A stretch of 64,000 nt of DNA from Phallusia mammillata (Eukaryota): contig OZ281494.1 in assembly GCA_965637545.1 (NCBI GenBank), forward strand, positions 682,001-746,000, read 5' to 3'. This document shows, one piece after another, positions 61,721 to 64,000 of this stretch. The number at the start of each line of letters is the position of its first letter. Position 1 is the stretch's first letter. The notes beneath the pieces are model-generated. The model was given only the letters and a program-made list of their open reading frames with translations, did not search any database and had not been told where the DNA came from. Both the position numbers and the translations under genes were made by a program.

Positions 61721-63893
61721 CTGGTAAATAAAACAAGCAGGTGAAGTGAAAAGTGCTAGCCCAAATTACCTAATAACTTGCATGTTTGGCTCTGACATAT
61801 AAGTGACCAAAATAATCCCTGGTTAATGTGAGAATGGTATTTAAGTCGTTCTTTAGCATAATCCATATAAGTGTACGGAAATGGAAGAAGCATTGTGCAT
61901 CTGCGTAAGCATGTTTGTTTCTGTTAGTTTGCGACAAATATAAATTTCTGCTTGGCTCAAAGAATGTAACACGCAAACAGATCTCAATAATACATGACAA
62001 ATTACAACCATAAACAATTTAAAAGCGAGCGATTTTAGTAAAGTTTTATTACACTTCCGGAAACTGCTGTAGTTACAATCAATCAGCAACACATCTGCAA
62101 GTAAAAATGCTGACAATTTTTGACATTAGAACTGCGAAAAAAAGAATTTAGTCAAATTAAACATATCGATTTCTACGGATCTTTGATACTTAGCGGAAGA
62201 AGAAGGGTTTTTGAGACTTAGTGGCGTGAAGAAATGTCGTGTGTTCTGTTGTTTGGACTGCTACGTTAACTTTGTTCGGTCTTTAAGTGTAGACGTTTTT
62301 AAGGTTGGCGAAAACCACACTACATATATGCAGGCGGAAAATACTTGACGTCACTATTTCCCGCAATGAATTTTTGCTTGAACAATTGATCCAAAGGCTA
62401 AATTAGTCAAAGTAGGCATGTGTACAGGGCATAAAGGGATGTAGAAACCGCAAAAAAATCGTTTTGTACATGTTTGTTTGCTTTCTATGTTTTGTTTGCT
62501 TTTGTACATGTTTTGTTTGTTGCGACCTACACTCATTGTCCTTCCGGCAGTCATTTGTATGACTTAAAACAAACGGCGAAAGGGGAAGGAATGGAAAGAA
62601 ATATAAGGATTGGAGAAACCACAACCGACATTCAGTGCCTGGTTTTATGAACCTGGCGCGTCAGAGAAGCTATTATCGGATGGTTTGTGTTGTGGGAGTC
62701 TGTCACGTAACAGCACGCGTCACAATTCTCAACTTAGGCACAACCCAGGAACACATCTTTGTGTACAACATATCTTGCATTAATACAATTACAGAGTTTA
62801 CACCGAAATTTAACACATCAACCACTACCAATGTATGATGATTGGAGCATCCGCATTGGTCTGTTTTACAACCACGTTTTCAATTTGACACAGCGTAATG
62901 TGGGGGTTTATTCACAAAACATGGAAAAACAAATAAACATAACAAACAAGAACGTATTAAACTTAGTAAGTTGATGTTAATTGTGGCTTACTCTCAGTTT
63001 TTCCTTTGAATAATAAACTAACAACAGGGTAACAAATGCCAAGCAAGCTTTTGTCATTTTTCTGTGTCTTGTCTGCAGAGGCGGCTCGTGCTATAGGGTG
63101 CTGCGGAGCTGCATGCATTTGCAGTGCTAGCACTAAAAAGAAACAAATAGTTTCTTAGTTGTCATTCGGAAATCAAGAAAGAAGCTATCAATTATTTTGC
63201 CCAAACTATAACTTTATGTTACATTTTGGTTGTAAAAAGGAAGGTTTAATCATATGGGTTAAATTTAAATGAGAGTGTTGTAAATTTCAAAGCTTGGAGT
63301 AGTATTGCACTTTGAAAAAAGGAATTATAAGCAAACTGAAAGACAATAGTCTGTACACAAAAAATTAAAGAAAAGGTGTTTAAATAACCAAGTTCTGACA
63401 CAAATGTAATGTGGTTGTTAAATTTGTCAGTTATGATACCAATAAAAAGCTTTATGGCTAGTTTTTTGTGTGACAATAATCTGTGAAGTGTCATGAGATA
63501 TAATATGTTGAAACAATGACTGTGACTAAAATTATTTAAATGAAACATGACCATATTAATGACTGAATAGCAAATGTGTTAGTTAGTGGTCATTGTTATA
63601 ACCAGTTATTCTTAAATGTTGTCCAACTGAAATACTTTTCGACTCATTTATTACTCATTACTTTTTTGTTCGAGACATTGTTGTTGTGTTTTAACGTATT
63701 TACATCCGCTTTGTTTCGAGTCTGTGTCAGGTGTGTTTTTATGCCACATTGTTACCGCGTGTTATTGAGTTTGACCCGTTGCCAAGCAAGTAAACGAAAT
63801 TCCCCAATGATACTGTCTGTTGTTTACACTTGTATACATTATTGCGTAACGAAAATTACGTCACAATGGAGTTACTAATTAGGATTTGTATTA

Positions 63894-63960
63894 CCGTATT
63901 TACTCGATTATAAGCCGCTCTCGTTTATAAGCCGCCCTCGGTCGTAAGCTTCACGCTAGA
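63894..63960 (+). mobile_element. Left end of a probable Tc1/mariner (Tc2/pogo-like) MITE
   Basis: TA followed by CCGTATTTACTCGATTATAAGCCGC with a repeated TATAAGCCGC motif. The right end lies outside the window. Confidence 0.55.
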
Positions 63961-64000
63961 ATTTTTGATACTGCTGTTTCTTAATACATATTTCTGTTGT

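Noticed and set aside
62403-62624. Secreted peptide or signal exon for paralog F
   Set aside because: Non-ATG start, overlap with a short imperfect tandem repeat (62465-62522), and no similarity to family signal exons.
63076-63120. hAT-like terminus CAGAGGCGGCTC
   Set aside because: No matching opposite TIR or TSD was found in the window.

Overview
AT-rich, intron-dense animal genomic DNA; an invertebrate chordate such as an ascidian is plausible, but that is inference only. The window is dominated by a minus-strand tandem array of one multi-exon receptor family: signal peptide, C-type-lectin-like domain (CTLD), 2-5 FN3-like repeats, TM helix, tail. The CTLD is split: exon 1 plus exon 5 would form a canonical CTLD, and a hypervariable three-exon cassette of about 130-140 aa sits between them. 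Three members (B 9968-17895, C 24526-32758, E 47127-57269) are complete receptor tyrosine phosphatases. Each has an intact-looking D1, a degenerate D2, a juxtamembrane YxN/ITIM-like motif and a PTPalpha/epsilon-like C-terminal DTYSN(F/Y)x. Two members (B' 19011-22746, D 39649-43049) keep the ectodomain and TM but have no phosphatase exons. A (1-4167) runs off the left edge. Relics are psiA' (5710-6778), D' (43661-45754) and F (61538-61720). Interspersed elements: an intact two-ORF CR1/L2-type LINE, a broken second LINE, a CR1 3' fragment, a hAT transposase fragment, two hAT MITEs, a Penelope GIY-YIG remnant and a tRNA-derived SINE family. The array looks like a paired or decoy receptor system under birth-and-death evolution, possibly for immune or self/non-self recognition; function is inferred, not shown. 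Exon models were built by hand from GT-AG sites, phase and paralog alignment. The labels A-F are mine.
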